A stretch of DNA of 64,000 nucleotides, taken from a virus. The position numbers were made by a program, and so were the translations under genes. Under the pieces are notes generated by a model. It did no database searches, was not told the DNA's origin, and saw nothing but the letters and a program-made list of their open reading frames with translations. The stretch spans positions 23,688-87,687 of IMG/VR virus record IMGVR_UViG_3300013372_003978. The stretch is one strand, 5' to 3'. This document shows, in pieces, positions 18,780 through 28,513 of the stretch (position 1 is its first letter; every line of letters begins with the position of its first letter).

Positions 18780-19541
18780 ATGAAACTTTACAATCTATTT
18801 GAACAAGTTATATTAGAAGAAATCATTAGAACGGTACCATTAAACGAAGCTGTATCATCTAGTGAAATTGATAGCGTAATAAAAGGTGACCCTAATGTTA
18901 AAGGTAAATTTTATTATGTTAGTTTTGATTATGAAGATAAAGATGGTACAACTAGTAATAGATGGGTTAAAATTCATCAACAAAACTTATCAACAGCTGG
19001 AAATCAATTAATTGATGCTAAACAAATAAGTAAAAATAATCAAACAACTGAAACAGTAGTTGATAAAGAAGGGAATCAAATAACACAATCTGTTGAAGGT
19101 TGGAGGAAATTTAGATTAGATAAAATGAATAATTTTGTTGTATCTAAAGTTCCATTTCAACAACCAGAACCTGGGTTTAATCCAATTGGTAATAATTCTA
19201 AAACAGTTGCATATACTGATACTGATGATATTGTCGATTTTAGTTTTGGTTATAAAGACCCTAAATATGCTGAAAAAGTTGCAGCCGCAACAAAAGCTAA
19301 AAATGATGAATTTATAAAAAATAGAGAAGGAGAGAAATTAAAAAGACAACAGAATAAACCAATTAAATTAACGCCAGTACCTGTTCCAACACCTAAACAA
19401 ATTGTTAGGCCAACAAAACAAATACCAGTTGCAAAACCAATAGTTAAAACAGCAACTAGTGGAATAATAAATAAACCAGAAATTGAACCTGAAGAAATAG
19501 GTTCAGAAGAGGAAGAAGAAGAAAATTTAAATGTAAGATAA
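18780..19541 (+). CDS. WYL-like domain protein with Pro/Lys-rich and acidic tail
   Basis: VSFDYEDKDGTTSNRWV...GWRKFRLDKM resembles the WYL pattern (Y...R.v.P...R.FRLDRI). Confidence 0.55.
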   Translation: MKLYNLFEQVILEEIIRTVPLNEAVSSSEIDSVIKGDPNVKGKFYYVSFDYEDKDGTTSNRWVKIHQQNLSTAGNQLIDAKQISKNNQTTETVVDKEGNQITQSVEGWRKFRLDKMNNFVVSKVPFQQPEPGFNPIGNNSKTVAYTDTDDIVDFSFGYKDPKYAEKVAAATKAKNDEFIKNREGEKLKRQQNKPIKLTPVPVPTPKQIVRPTKQIPVAKPIVKTATSGIINKPEIEPEEIGSEEEEEENLNVR

Positions 19542-19542
19542 T

Positions 19543-20139
19543 ATGAATCCAGCACCAGTAGTAATGACCCCTCAAATGATAGCTCTTTTGGCTAAGTCAA
19601 AACAGGTAATGAATAAATCTTTAGCTGATAAACCAATAGTTTCAAAACATGCACAAGCGGTTACCGAATCCTATGATTATGACTCTACACCAATATATGC
19701 TGAAAGTGATGAAAGAGAACCAAATTACAATGAATACGCACCAACACCTGTTGCTGCAGCACCATTACAAAATTTCTCCAAAGAACATATAATGGCTTCT
19801 AAATTACCAGCTAATATCAAAGAAGCTATGATTAAAAATCCAATAGCTAGACCAGAAATGACTGGGCTTAGCCAAGAAGCAATTGAAGCTATTAATCCAA
19901 CTGCTCGTAAAGCTACACCACAACCTAGACAAATGGTTAGCGAAAATAGAGCAACAAAACCTGTGGATTCTGATTTAATAACTATTAGTAGAAGTGAACT
20001 AAAAGAAATTATGAATGAAACATTAGTAAGTTTTCTAAAAACAAATTATGAAAAAAGTCTTACTGAAGCTGCAATTACAAAAACAATTAATTTACTAATT
20101 AAAGAAGGTAAAATAGGTGTAAAAAAGAAAACACTTTAA
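19543..20139 (+). CDS. Hypothetical protein
   Basis: 198-aa ORF followed by a terminator. Confidence 0.7.
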   Translation: MNPAPVVMTPQMIALLAKSKQVMNKSLADKPIVSKHAQAVTESYDYDSTPIYAESDEREPNYNEYAPTPVAAAPLQNFSKEHIMASKLPANIKEAMIKNPIARPEMTGLSQEAIEAINPTARKATPQPRQMVSENRATKPVDSDLITISRSELKEIMNETLVSFLKTNYEKSLTEAAITKTINLLIKEGKIGVKKKTL

Positions 20140-20145
20140 TTTAAT

Positions 20146-20174
20146 AAAAAAAAGGCCCATATGGGTCTTTTTTT
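20146..20174 (+). terminator. Rho-independent terminator
   Basis: aaaaaaaaggcccat-atgggtctttttttt hairpin with a U-tract. Confidence 0.85.
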
Positions 20175-20175
20175 A

Positions 20176-20205
20176 TTTACAAATGTTTTTTGTTTAATAT
20201 ATTTG
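20176..20205 (+). promoter_or_regulatory. Bacteroidota-type promoter (TATATTTG)
   Basis: TATATTTG at 20198-20205 with TTTAC upstream; 18 nt before the ATG at 20224. Confidence 0.6.
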
Positions 20206-20223
20206 ATTATAAATGTTTAAAAT

Positions 20224-21459
20224 ATGAAAAACAAAAAAATTAAAATCTTAGTTGTACCATCAGACCGTACAGGTGTTAGTTACTTCCGTTCAACAAACCC
20301 ACACATCGCATTAGAAAATAATTACCCTGATGAATTTCACATTGACGTGGATTATGAGCCAGATTTGAATAATGATGAATGGTTAAAACAATATGACATT
20401 ATCCACTACCATAGAAGTCTTGGTGGTTTTGAACAAATGGCAATTTTAAATGAAAAACTTAAAAATTTAGGTATTGTTTCATTTATGGATTTAGATGATT
20501 ATTGGGCAGTTGGTGAACATCATCCAGCTTATCATTTAGTAAAAAATCATGAACTAGATAAAAAAATATTAGAAAATATTAAGAGTGCTGAAAATGTTAT
20601 TACAACAACAAAAATATTTGCAAATGAAATTGCTAAATATAATAAAAATGTGTTTATTTTAGCTAATGCTGTTGACCCTACTGAAAAACAATTTACACCA
20701 AAATTAGAAGCTTCAGATAGACTTAGAATTGGTTGGTTAGGTGGTAGTAGTCACTTGAAAGATTTAGAAATTCTTAATGGTGTTGTAGGTCGTTTAAGAA
20801 CTGATAAATTATTAGATAAAGTTCAATTTGTTTTATGTGGTTTTGATACAAGAGGGACACATACTGTTATTGATTCTGTTACTAGAGAACAAACTACTAG
20901 ACCAATTACACCAAAAGAAAGTGTTTGGTTCCAATATGAAAAAATATTCACTGATAACTATCAAACAGTAAGCCCTGAATATAAAGATTACTTAATGAAA
21001 TTTACACAAGATGAATATAATGACCTCGCTAATGAACCATATCGTAGAGTTTGGACAAAGCCAATTTCAACCTACGCTTCAAATTATAATTTGTTTGATG
21101 TGTCATTGGCCCCAATTGAAGAACATATCTTTAATAAAGTTAAGAGTCAATTAAAAGTAATTGAAGCTGGTTTTCATCACAAAGCTATTATCGCACAAGA
21201 TTTTGGTCCATATCAAATTGACCTTAAAAATGCAATTCAATTTGGTGGTGGTTTTGATATGTCAGCAAATAGTATATTGATTGATAGTGTTAAGAACCAT
21301 AAAGATTGGTATAGTGCAATTAAAAAAGTAATTCAAAATCCTGATTTAGTTACAGCATTACAAGAAAATCTATATAATACGGTTAAAGATACCTATTCAA
21401 TGGATAAAGTAACTGAAGAAAGACGAGAACTATATTTATCATTATTAAATAAAAAATAA
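20224..21459 (+). CDS. Glycosyltransferase, GT-B fold (GT4-like)
   Basis: MDLDDYW, RIGWLGGSSH, DVSLAP...FNKVKSQLKVIEAG. Confidence 0.8.
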   Translation: MKNKKIKILVVPSDRTGVSYFRSTNPHIALENNYPDEFHIDVDYEPDLNNDEWLKQYDIIHYHRSLGGFEQMAILNEKLKNLGIVSFMDLDDYWAVGEHHPAYHLVKNHELDKKILENIKSAENVITTTKIFANEIAKYNKNVFILANAVDPTEKQFTPKLEASDRLRIGWLGGSSHLKDLEILNGVVGRLRTDKLLDKVQFVLCGFDTRGTHTVIDSVTREQTTRPITPKESVWFQYEKIFTDNYQTVSPEYKDYLMKFTQDEYNDLANEPYRRVWTKPISTYASNYNLFDVSLAPIEEHIFNKVKSQLKVIEAGFHHKAIIAQDFGPYQIDLKNAIQFGGGFDMSANSILIDSVKNHKDWYSAIKKVIQNPDLVTALQENLYNTVKDTYSMDKVTEERRELYLSLLNKK

Positions 21460-21476
21460 AATTTATGGTTAAATTG

Positions 21477-21507
21477 TTGTTTAATTAAATATAAATTCAT
21501 ATATTTG
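21477..21507 (+). promoter_or_regulatory. Bacteroidota-type promoter TTG-N20-TATATTTG
   Basis: TTG at 21477-21479 and TATATTTG at 21500-21507. Confidence 0.7.
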
Positions 21508-21540
21508 CTGAAATAACAATTTAATTATAATTTATATAAA

Positions 21541-22104
21541 ATGTCTTTAGAAAAAGAAAAAATCTTAGCAAATGCAAAAAAATATTTTGACACTGCTAAA
21601 AAAATTGGTTTTACTAATCAAGAATTCACAGATTTCTTAGGTCAAAACTTTATTGCTGCACCTGCATCAACAATGGAAAGTTTACATAATGCTTTTGAAG
21701 GTGGTTTAATTGACCATTTATTAAGAGTTGCATCGTATGCTGTTAAATTTAACAATGCTTTACCAGAATCAGAACAAGTAAATCAAAATTCTTTATTGAA
21801 AGTTTGTTTACTTCATCAAGTAGGTAAAGCAAATCTTTACAAACCATGTACATCAGAATGGCATCGTAAGAATCAAGGTAAGATGTATGAATTTAATGAA
21901 GATTTGGTATCTATGCGTGTAACTGAGCGTAGTGTTTATTATGCGTTATCTCATGGTGTCAGTTTTACTGAAGAAGAATACTCTGCAATTCTTATGTTTG
22001 ATAAAACAGATGATAAAATGGCTGAATATCATAATTCAACGTTAGGTGACCTATTAAAAATGGCTAATTTATTCGCAATAAAACACGAAAAAAATAATAA
22101 GTAA
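21541..22104 (+). CDS. HD-domain protein (HD replaced by HQ)
   Basis: APAS...HNAFEGGLIDHLLRV...CLLHQVGK, YhaM-like HD pattern. Confidence 0.7.
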   Translation: MSLEKEKILANAKKYFDTAKKIGFTNQEFTDFLGQNFIAAPASTMESLHNAFEGGLIDHLLRVASYAVKFNNALPESEQVNQNSLLKVCLLHQVGKANLYKPCTSEWHRKNQGKMYEFNEDLVSMRVTERSVYYALSHGVSFTEEEYSAILMFDKTDDKMAEYHNSTLGDLLKMANLFAIKHEKNNK

Positions 22105-22682
22105 TGGGTTATGATATTAATGAGATGAGAAGAAAACTATTAGACGCTTTTGATTCTAATAGTAATTATACCTTAGAAAATTTTAATAAAGAATTTGATG
22201 GTAATATGTCAATGTCTAATAATGACGATTTTAAAATTTCTTTATCTTTTAAAAACGAATCAACAAATCCTGACCCAGAATATGCAACAGTTGGGTCATC
22301 TGGTTTTGATTTGAGAGCTAATCTAGAAACATCAATTTCATTACCACGTGGACAAACTGCAATAATACCTACTGGATTATTTTTTGAAATTCCAGATAAT
22401 TTTGAAATTCAAGTTAGACCTCGTAGCGGATTAGCAGCTAAAAATGGTGTTACTGTGTTAAACACACCTGGAACTATAGATGCTGATTATCGTGGTGAAA
22501 TTAAAATTATACTAATAAATTTAGGTAATGATACTTTTGAAATTAATCATGGTGATAGAATTGCTCAAGGTATAATGGCAGCAGTTACAGCTAAAAATTA
22601 TGTAAATCTAATTAAAGTTAATAATATTTCAGAAAATACTGAACGAGGTACTGGTGGATTCGGTAGTACTGGGACTAAATAA
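22104..22682 (+). CDS. dut: Trimeric dUTPase
   Basis: SGFDL, RPRSGLA, GTIDADYRGE, GDRIAQ and RGTGGFGSTG motifs. Confidence 0.97.
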   Translation: MGYDINEMRRKLLDAFDSNSNYTLENFNKEFDGNMSMSNNDDFKISLSFKNESTNPDPEYATVGSSGFDLRANLETSISLPRGQTAIIPTGLFFEIPDNFEIQVRPRSGLAAKNGVTVLNTPGTIDADYRGEIKIILINLGNDTFEINHGDRIAQGIMAAVTAKNYVNLIKVNNISENTERGTGGFGSTGTK

Positions 22683-22689
22683 AATAAAA

Positions 22690-23685
22690 ATGAAAACAAA
22701 AAACAAATTTGATTTTAACGATGTTTTAATACAACCTGCTAAAGTATCGTCTATTAGTAGTAGAAAAGATATAAACCCATTTTACGATGGGTTTTTACCA
22801 TTAATAACAGCACCTATGGATACCGTTGTTAATGAAAAAAATAATCCATTGTTTACATTATTAAACATAAGAACATGTTTACCTAGAGGTGAAGAAAATC
22901 AATATGGTTTCACATCATACTCTTTAGTTGAAATAGAAACTAATTTTCTTATGTTAGACCCTAAAGGTATGTATCTAATTGATATTGCAAATGGTCATAT
23001 GGAAAAATTGGTAATTGTAATAAAAAGAATTAAAAGAAAATACCCAAAACTTATATTAATGGTTGGTAATATTGCTAATCCTCAAACTTATATTGTTTTA
23101 TCTAAGGCAGGTGCTGATTATGTTAGAATTGGTATTGGCAATGGTGGTGGTTGTAGTACAACGGTTCATACTGGTGTAGGTTACCCAATGGGTTCTCTTG
23201 TATCTGAATGTTATTTTGAATCGTGTAAACTTAAAAAACCAGCTAAGATTGTTGCTGATGGTGGTATGCAAAATTATGGTGATATAATTAAAGCTTTAGC
23301 ATTAGGTGCTGATTATGTTATGGTAGGTAGTCTTTTTAATAAAGCAATTGAATCCTGTGGTGATAATTACCTTTGGAAAAAAGTAAAAGTATGTCAAGGA
23401 ATTGCTGAATGGGCATATAAAAATAAAATACCTGTCTATAAAAAATTTAGAGGTATGAGTACTAAAGAAGTTCAAAAAAAATGGGGTAAAGAAGAACTAA
23501 CAACTTCAGAAGGTGTTGTTAGATTCAGACGAGTAGAATACACACTTCAACAATGGGTTGAAAATTTTGAATCTTATTTACGTTCAGCAATGAGTTATTC
23601 AAATGCTAAAACTCTAGAAGAATTTATCGGAATTGCCGATACAATACAAATAACAAATAACGCTTATAAAAGATTTAATAAATAA
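22690..23685 (+). CDS. GMP reductase / IMPDH family protein (GuaC-like)
   Basis: APMDTV, IDIANGH, GIGNGGGCST, ADGG, FRGMST, SEG; no CBS domains. The ATG at 22690 is preferred over 22654. Confidence 0.85.
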   Translation: MKTKNKFDFNDVLIQPAKVSSISSRKDINPFYDGFLPLITAPMDTVVNEKNNPLFTLLNIRTCLPRGEENQYGFTSYSLVEIETNFLMLDPKGMYLIDIANGHMEKLVIVIKRIKRKYPKLILMVGNIANPQTYIVLSKAGADYVRIGIGNGGGCSTTVHTGVGYPMGSLVSECYFESCKLKKPAKIVADGGMQNYGDIIKALALGADYVMVGSLFNKAIESCGDNYLWKKVKVCQGIAEWAYKNKIPVYKKFRGMSTKEVQKKWGKEELTTSEGVVRFRRVEYTLQQWVENFESYLRSAMSYSNAKTLEEFIGIADTIQITNNAYKRFNK

Positions 23686-25334
23686 TGTTAACAGTAATAT
23701 ATTGCACAAGAGAAACTAAACCAGAACATAAAGAACACTTAATTAAGTCATCTGGTCTTCATAAACACATCGAGGTTATCGAAATAATCAATAATGGTGA
23801 ATCACTAACCAAAGCGTATAATCGTGGCTTAAAACAAGCAGAATACAAACATGTAGTTTTTTGTCATGATGATATTACAATTGAAACAAAACAATGGGGT
23901 GTTAAATTGCTTAAACAATTTGAGAAAAATCCTGAATACGCTATCATTGGTGTTGCTGGTAGTAAAAATATGCCAGTATCTGGTCAATGGTGGGAAAAAC
24001 GTAATAAAATGTATGGTCGTGTTCAACATACACATGAAGGTAAAACATGGTTATCAGCTTATAGTGATGATTTAGGTCAAGAACTAGAAGAAGTTATTAA
24101 TGTTGATGGTGTTTTCTTTGCTGCCGATATAACTAAATTGGAAAAGAATTTTAATGAAAGTGTTGAAGGATTCCATTTCTATGATGTTACGTTTTGTTTT
24201 GAAAACTATTTAGCTGGGGCTAAGGTAGGTGTTACAACTGCTGTTAGAGTTAATCACCAATCAATTGGTATGACCAATGAGCAATGGGAAAGTAATAGAG
24301 AGATTTTTGCCGAAACATTTAAAGATAATTTACCAGTAGATATTAAAAGAGTATTACGTAAGGGTGAAAAATTAAAAGTTCTTATTGGTTGTTTAAGTTT
24401 TACTGATTATACTGGTTCAGAACTTTATACTTTTGAATTAGCAAAACAATTAATTAAAGAAGGTTGTGATGTTAGCATTTCTTCTACTATTGGTATGCCA
24501 TTGAGTGGTTTGGCTAACAAATTAGGTATTAAATTGTTTTCTTTACAAGAACCACCTGGTTATAAATTAGGTGATGGTAAATGGTTATTAAAAACACAAC
24601 AAGGTGATATTCCTAGCGTAGCAAATACTTTATATAAAGTAAGTGATGTACAGTTTGATGTTATTCATTTAAACCATAAACCAGTTACTGAACATATATT
24701 ACGTTTATATCCAGAAACACCAGTAATTTGTTCAATACATTCAGAAGTTATTTCTTTGGAAGAACCTGTAGTTTCTGACCAAATTAAGAAATATATCGCA
24801 ATTAGACCTGAAATTAAAGAATATATTGTTGATAGATTTAATATTGATGCTGAAAAGGTTGATGTTATATTCAATCCAATAGATACTGATAAATTTAAAG
24901 AAATTAATTCAACAGAAAAAAGAAATAAAAAACGTATATTATTTGTTGGAACTATTGATTATTTAAGAAAAGCAATGATTCAAGATTTAATCAATACAAC
25001 AAAAGAGAATGACCAAGAGTTATGGATAGTTGGTAAAAAGAATGATACATATTTAGATGAAATTATTCAAAATGAATCACATGTTAGTTATTTTGAACCA
25101 ACACTTAATATTGAAAAATTCATTCACCAATGTGATGAAACAGCTGGTATTCTTTTAGGTAGAACAACTGTTGAAGGTTGGTTATGTGGTAAAAATGGTT
25201 GGATTTACGATGTGGATTCAAGCGGTAATATCAAATCAAAAGCTTTACACGAAATTCCTAGTGATATTGATAAATTCAAAAGTGGTAATGTTGTTAAACA
25301 AATAATAGAAGAATATAAACAAATTCTAGAATAA
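23685..25334 (+). CDS. Bifunctional glycosyltransferase (GT-A N-terminal + GT-B C-terminal)
   Basis: AYNRGL...FCHDD...DGVFFA...FHFYDV (GT2-like); TGSELYTFELAKQL...NPID (GT4-like). Confidence 0.8.
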   Translation: MLTVIYCTRETKPEHKEHLIKSSGLHKHIEVIEIINNGESLTKAYNRGLKQAEYKHVVFCHDDITIETKQWGVKLLKQFEKNPEYAIIGVAGSKNMPVSGQWWEKRNKMYGRVQHTHEGKTWLSAYSDDLGQELEEVINVDGVFFAADITKLEKNFNESVEGFHFYDVTFCFENYLAGAKVGVTTAVRVNHQSIGMTNEQWESNREIFAETFKDNLPVDIKRVLRKGEKLKVLIGCLSFTDYTGSELYTFELAKQLIKEGCDVSISSTIGMPLSGLANKLGIKLFSLQEPPGYKLGDGKWLLKTQQGDIPSVANTLYKVSDVQFDVIHLNHKPVTEHILRLYPETPVICSIHSEVISLEEPVVSDQIKKYIAIRPEIKEYIVDRFNIDAEKVDVIFNPIDTDKFKEINSTEKRNKKRILFVGTIDYLRKAMIQDLINTTKENDQELWIVGKKNDTYLDEIIQNESHVSYFEPTLNIEKFIHQCDETAGILLGRTTVEGWLCGKNGWIYDVDSSGNIKSKALHEIPSDIDKFKSGNVVKQIIEEYKQILE

Positions 25335-26287
25335 TGAAAAAAATTAAAGATTGGTTACTTAAAAAAAGTGGGTCAGTTATGTTGTCGTTAACCAACGTTG
25401 AAAAGAACGCTTTGGGTCAATCAGGTGAATTTATGTCCAGTGATATTCAACATACACAAAAATATACCCAAGGTCAAGTAGCCGATTCTTTAATAAATGG
25501 GGAAATTACTAATGAGGTAATGGACTTAAGATGGAGAATGTATAAAATTTTACAAGAAACTGATAGTTTAACAACTCAAATTATTGGTTATGAACCAGAT
25601 GGTACCCCAATCACTAAAACTAGTAAAAAAGATGTTAAAAAAAGTCTTAAAAAAGTAAAAGTTGATTCATTTGATGATTATAAATTAGAATTTGTTGTTA
25701 CTAACGATGAGATTATCACATCTGGCAATGATATGATGAATAATCAATATATTGAAATGTTAGATAAACCAACAATAAATTTAGATGATGAAGGAAATAT
25801 TGTTAGTGCAACACATGGTGAGATTAGTGGTGACGAATACTATTTTACTAATAAAACTGAAAAATCAATAGTAATTAATAGTGAATTTACTCGTAGATTC
25901 TTTTTGGAAAATTTTACTAAAAAATTAAATATTAGACATATATCTGATAATGAAAAATTACTTGAATTTTATGTTAGTATTTATCCAGATGTTAATAATA
26001 GAACTAGCAGGCTTTTCCTAAGTGAATTAAATAAAATTATCAATGAAGGTAAAAAATCAGACATTACAAATATTGATGAAGTAGAATTTATAACTTATAA
26101 AGCTATTGGTGTTGACGATTTTTTAGAATATAAATATAAAATAACATCTTTTGATAAAATAATAGCTTTTAATGGTTCTTACGTAATTAAATTCTTATCT
26201 AAGGTAGTAATTAATGGTAAAAACATAACTAGTAAATATATTCAAAATGAATTAGAAGAAAAATATAAAAACAAAGAAAAAAAATGA
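25334..26287 (+). CDS. Hypothetical protein
   Basis: 317 aa; translationally coupled at both ends. Confidence 0.7.
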   Translation: MKKIKDWLLKKSGSVMLSLTNVEKNALGQSGEFMSSDIQHTQKYTQGQVADSLINGEITNEVMDLRWRMYKILQETDSLTTQIIGYEPDGTPITKTSKKDVKKSLKKVKVDSFDDYKLEFVVTNDEIITSGNDMMNNQYIEMLDKPTINLDDEGNIVSATHGEISGDEYYFTNKTEKSIVINSEFTRRFFLENFTKKLNIRHISDNEKLLEFYVSIYPDVNNRTSRLFLSELNKIINEGKKSDITNIDEVEFITYKAIGVDDFLEYKYKITSFDKIIAFNGSYVIKFLSKVVINGKNITSKYIQNELEEKYKNKEKK

Positions 26288-26943
26288 GATTATTAATAAA
26301 ATTCCCAACCAGAAACAGACCTAACAAATTTTTAAAAGTTTTGGATGGTTATGTTAAAAATTTAGATGATAAGACAACTAAAATAATTGTTTCGTGTGAT
26401 TTAGATGATATTACAATGACCGAAGAACATATAAAAGATGTTATTGAACAATACGATAACGTAACTTTGGTCTATGGTGAAAATAAAAATAAAATTGAAG
26501 CGATAAACGCAGATTTAGAAAATGTAGAATTTGATATTGTATTATTAGCTTCTGATGATATGATTCCTATAGTTAAAGGGTTTGACACTATTATCAAAAA
26601 TAAAATGTTGGAAAACTATCCAGACACTGATGGAATTTTATGGTTTAATGACGGATATCAAGGTAACAAACTTAATACATTATGTATTTTGGGTAAAAAA
26701 TACTATGATAGATTTGGTTATATCTATAATCCAGAGTATGTTTCAGTTTGGTCAGATAATGAATTTATGGATGTAGGGAATATATTGGAGAAGCAAATAT
26801 ATTTTGATGAAGTAATTATTCAACATCAACACCCAGATTGGGGTTTTGGTGTTAGAGATTTTACACATACTGTTAATTCTATTAATGAAGCAAAAGATAG
26901 AGAAACATATAACAGAAGAAAGGAAAATAATTTTTATCTATGA
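26284..26943 (+). CDS. GT-A fold glycosyltransferase (GT2-like)
   Basis: IKFPTRNR, LLASDDMIP, WSDNEF, IQHQH. Confidence 0.75.
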   Translation: MRLLIKFPTRNRPNKFLKVLDGYVKNLDDKTTKIIVSCDLDDITMTEEHIKDVIEQYDNVTLVYGENKNKIEAINADLENVEFDIVLLASDDMIPIVKGFDTIIKNKMLENYPDTDGILWFNDGYQGNKLNTLCILGKKYYDRFGYIYNPEYVSVWSDNEFMDVGNILEKQIYFDEVIIQHQHPDWGFGVRDFTHTVNSINEAKDRETYNRRKENNFYL

Positions 26944-27770
26944 AAACTGCCTTTAATACAATGTTTAAGAATGAAGAAGCAATACTTCCAGAAATCTTAA
27001 AGATATGGAAAACATACCCAATCGATTTGTTCATATTTTACGATGATAATTCAACAGATAATTCAGTTGAAATTATTAAAAAATATTTACCCAGTGAAAA
27101 AACCATAATAGTAAATGATAAACTACCAGCGTTTAATGAATCATATCAAAGACAAAAAATGATTGATGTGGCATTAGAAAATAATGTTGATATTGTATTT
27201 GCAATTGATTGTGATGAATTATTAACATCTAGTATAGTTAATAATTTTGATGAGTTTTTAAAAAAATATGAAACTACGGATATGTGGTTATTTTGGTATA
27301 ATTGTGTTAACGATACTCTTGTGCAATATAGAAATGACCCACAATACACTAATAACTATAGAAGTTTTATTTTACCTTTAAAACACACTGGTAGATTAAA
27401 TGTTAATGATTATAAATACCATACACCTAGAACACCACATGTAAATTTACCAAGAAGAGAATTTACTAGAGATTATGGTGTTATTCATTTACAAGCCGTC
27501 AATACACGTTTTTATGTTATAAAACAATTATGGTATAAACATTATGAATTTGTCACATACGGTCATAGTGTTGATTTTATAAATAGTCGATATGATTCTG
27601 TTGTTAATAATTTAAATTTTAGTGAAAGACATATGACAAATAAATTAATTGGCGGTATTGATTTTGATATTTCGGTATTTAATAATACAGCAAAGGAAAA
27701 GGAATACTTAAAATTCATTCATGACAATTATAATGAAGAATTAATAACATTTGGTAAAGAATATTTATAA
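26940..27770 (+). CDS. GT-A fold glycosyltransferase (GT2-like)
   Basis: FKNEE, YDDNSTDNS, AIDCDELL. Confidence 0.8.
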   Translation: MKTAFNTMFKNEEAILPEILKIWKTYPIDLFIFYDDNSTDNSVEIIKKYLPSEKTIIVNDKLPAFNESYQRQKMIDVALENNVDIVFAIDCDELLTSSIVNNFDEFLKKYETTDMWLFWYNCVNDTLVQYRNDPQYTNNYRSFILPLKHTGRLNVNDYKYHTPRTPHVNLPRREFTRDYGVIHLQAVNTRFYVIKQLWYKHYEFVTYGHSVDFINSRYDSVVNNLNFSERHMTNKLIGGIDFDISVFNNTAKEKEYLKFIHDNYNEELITFGKEYL

Positions 27771-28513
27771 TGGAAAATTTTACAATTGCAATAACAACAT
27801 TTGCTAAAAGATATAATTACATTGTTAATTTAATACCACAAATTAGAAATTACAGTGATAATAAAATCCTATTGATTATCAACGGTGAAAAGGATGGTGA
27901 TTTTGATGAAGAATATAGAAAAAACATTCTAGAACTATGTGCTAAGTACAATAATGTATATCCAATTATGTTTGTTGAAACTAGAGGTTTATGTAAAATG
28001 TGGAACACTGGTTTAATTATGTCAGATAAAGAAGATGTTTTAATACTTAATGATGATATTGAAATCCTTTCTGGTGATATTGTTAAGTATGTATCTTCAC
28101 ATATTAAATCGCCAGAATATAAAGGATTAACTAAAATTAACGGTTCTTTTTCTCATTTTGTGACTAATAAAGTTATCATGGATAAACTTGGTTATTTTGA
28201 TGAACGATTATTAGGTTTTGGTGAAGAAGATGGTGATATTTCTTATAGATTTATTAAAGCAGGTATTAATATAAATAACATTTATATTAATGGTATCATT
28301 AATATAGTTTCTAATATAAGACATGAACACATAACAGCTGGTATTGGTAAATACTCTAATTTTAATCGTCAATTTATTTATGGTGAAAAATATTCAGTGG
28401 ATATGTCTAGCCCTTATAAAGGTATGTTTGATACACCAATGAATCAAAACTTAGAAGACATCAATCAATACCCACATGAAAATTTTTTTAGAGAAAATAA
28501 AGATAAATTGTAA
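27770..28513 (+). CDS. GT-A fold glycosyltransferase (GT2/GT7-like)
   Basis: WNTGL, LILNDDIEI, GYFDERLLGFGEEDGD. Confidence 0.8.
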   Translation: MENFTIAITTFAKRYNYIVNLIPQIRNYSDNKILLIINGEKDGDFDEEYRKNILELCAKYNNVYPIMFVETRGLCKMWNTGLIMSDKEDVLILNDDIEILSGDIVKYVSSHIKSPEYKGLTKINGSFSHFVTNKVIMDKLGYFDERLLGFGEEDGDISYRFIKAGININNIYINGIINIVSNIRHEHITAGIGKYSNFNRQFIYGEKYSVDMSSPYKGMFDTPMNQNLEDINQYPHENFFRENKDKL

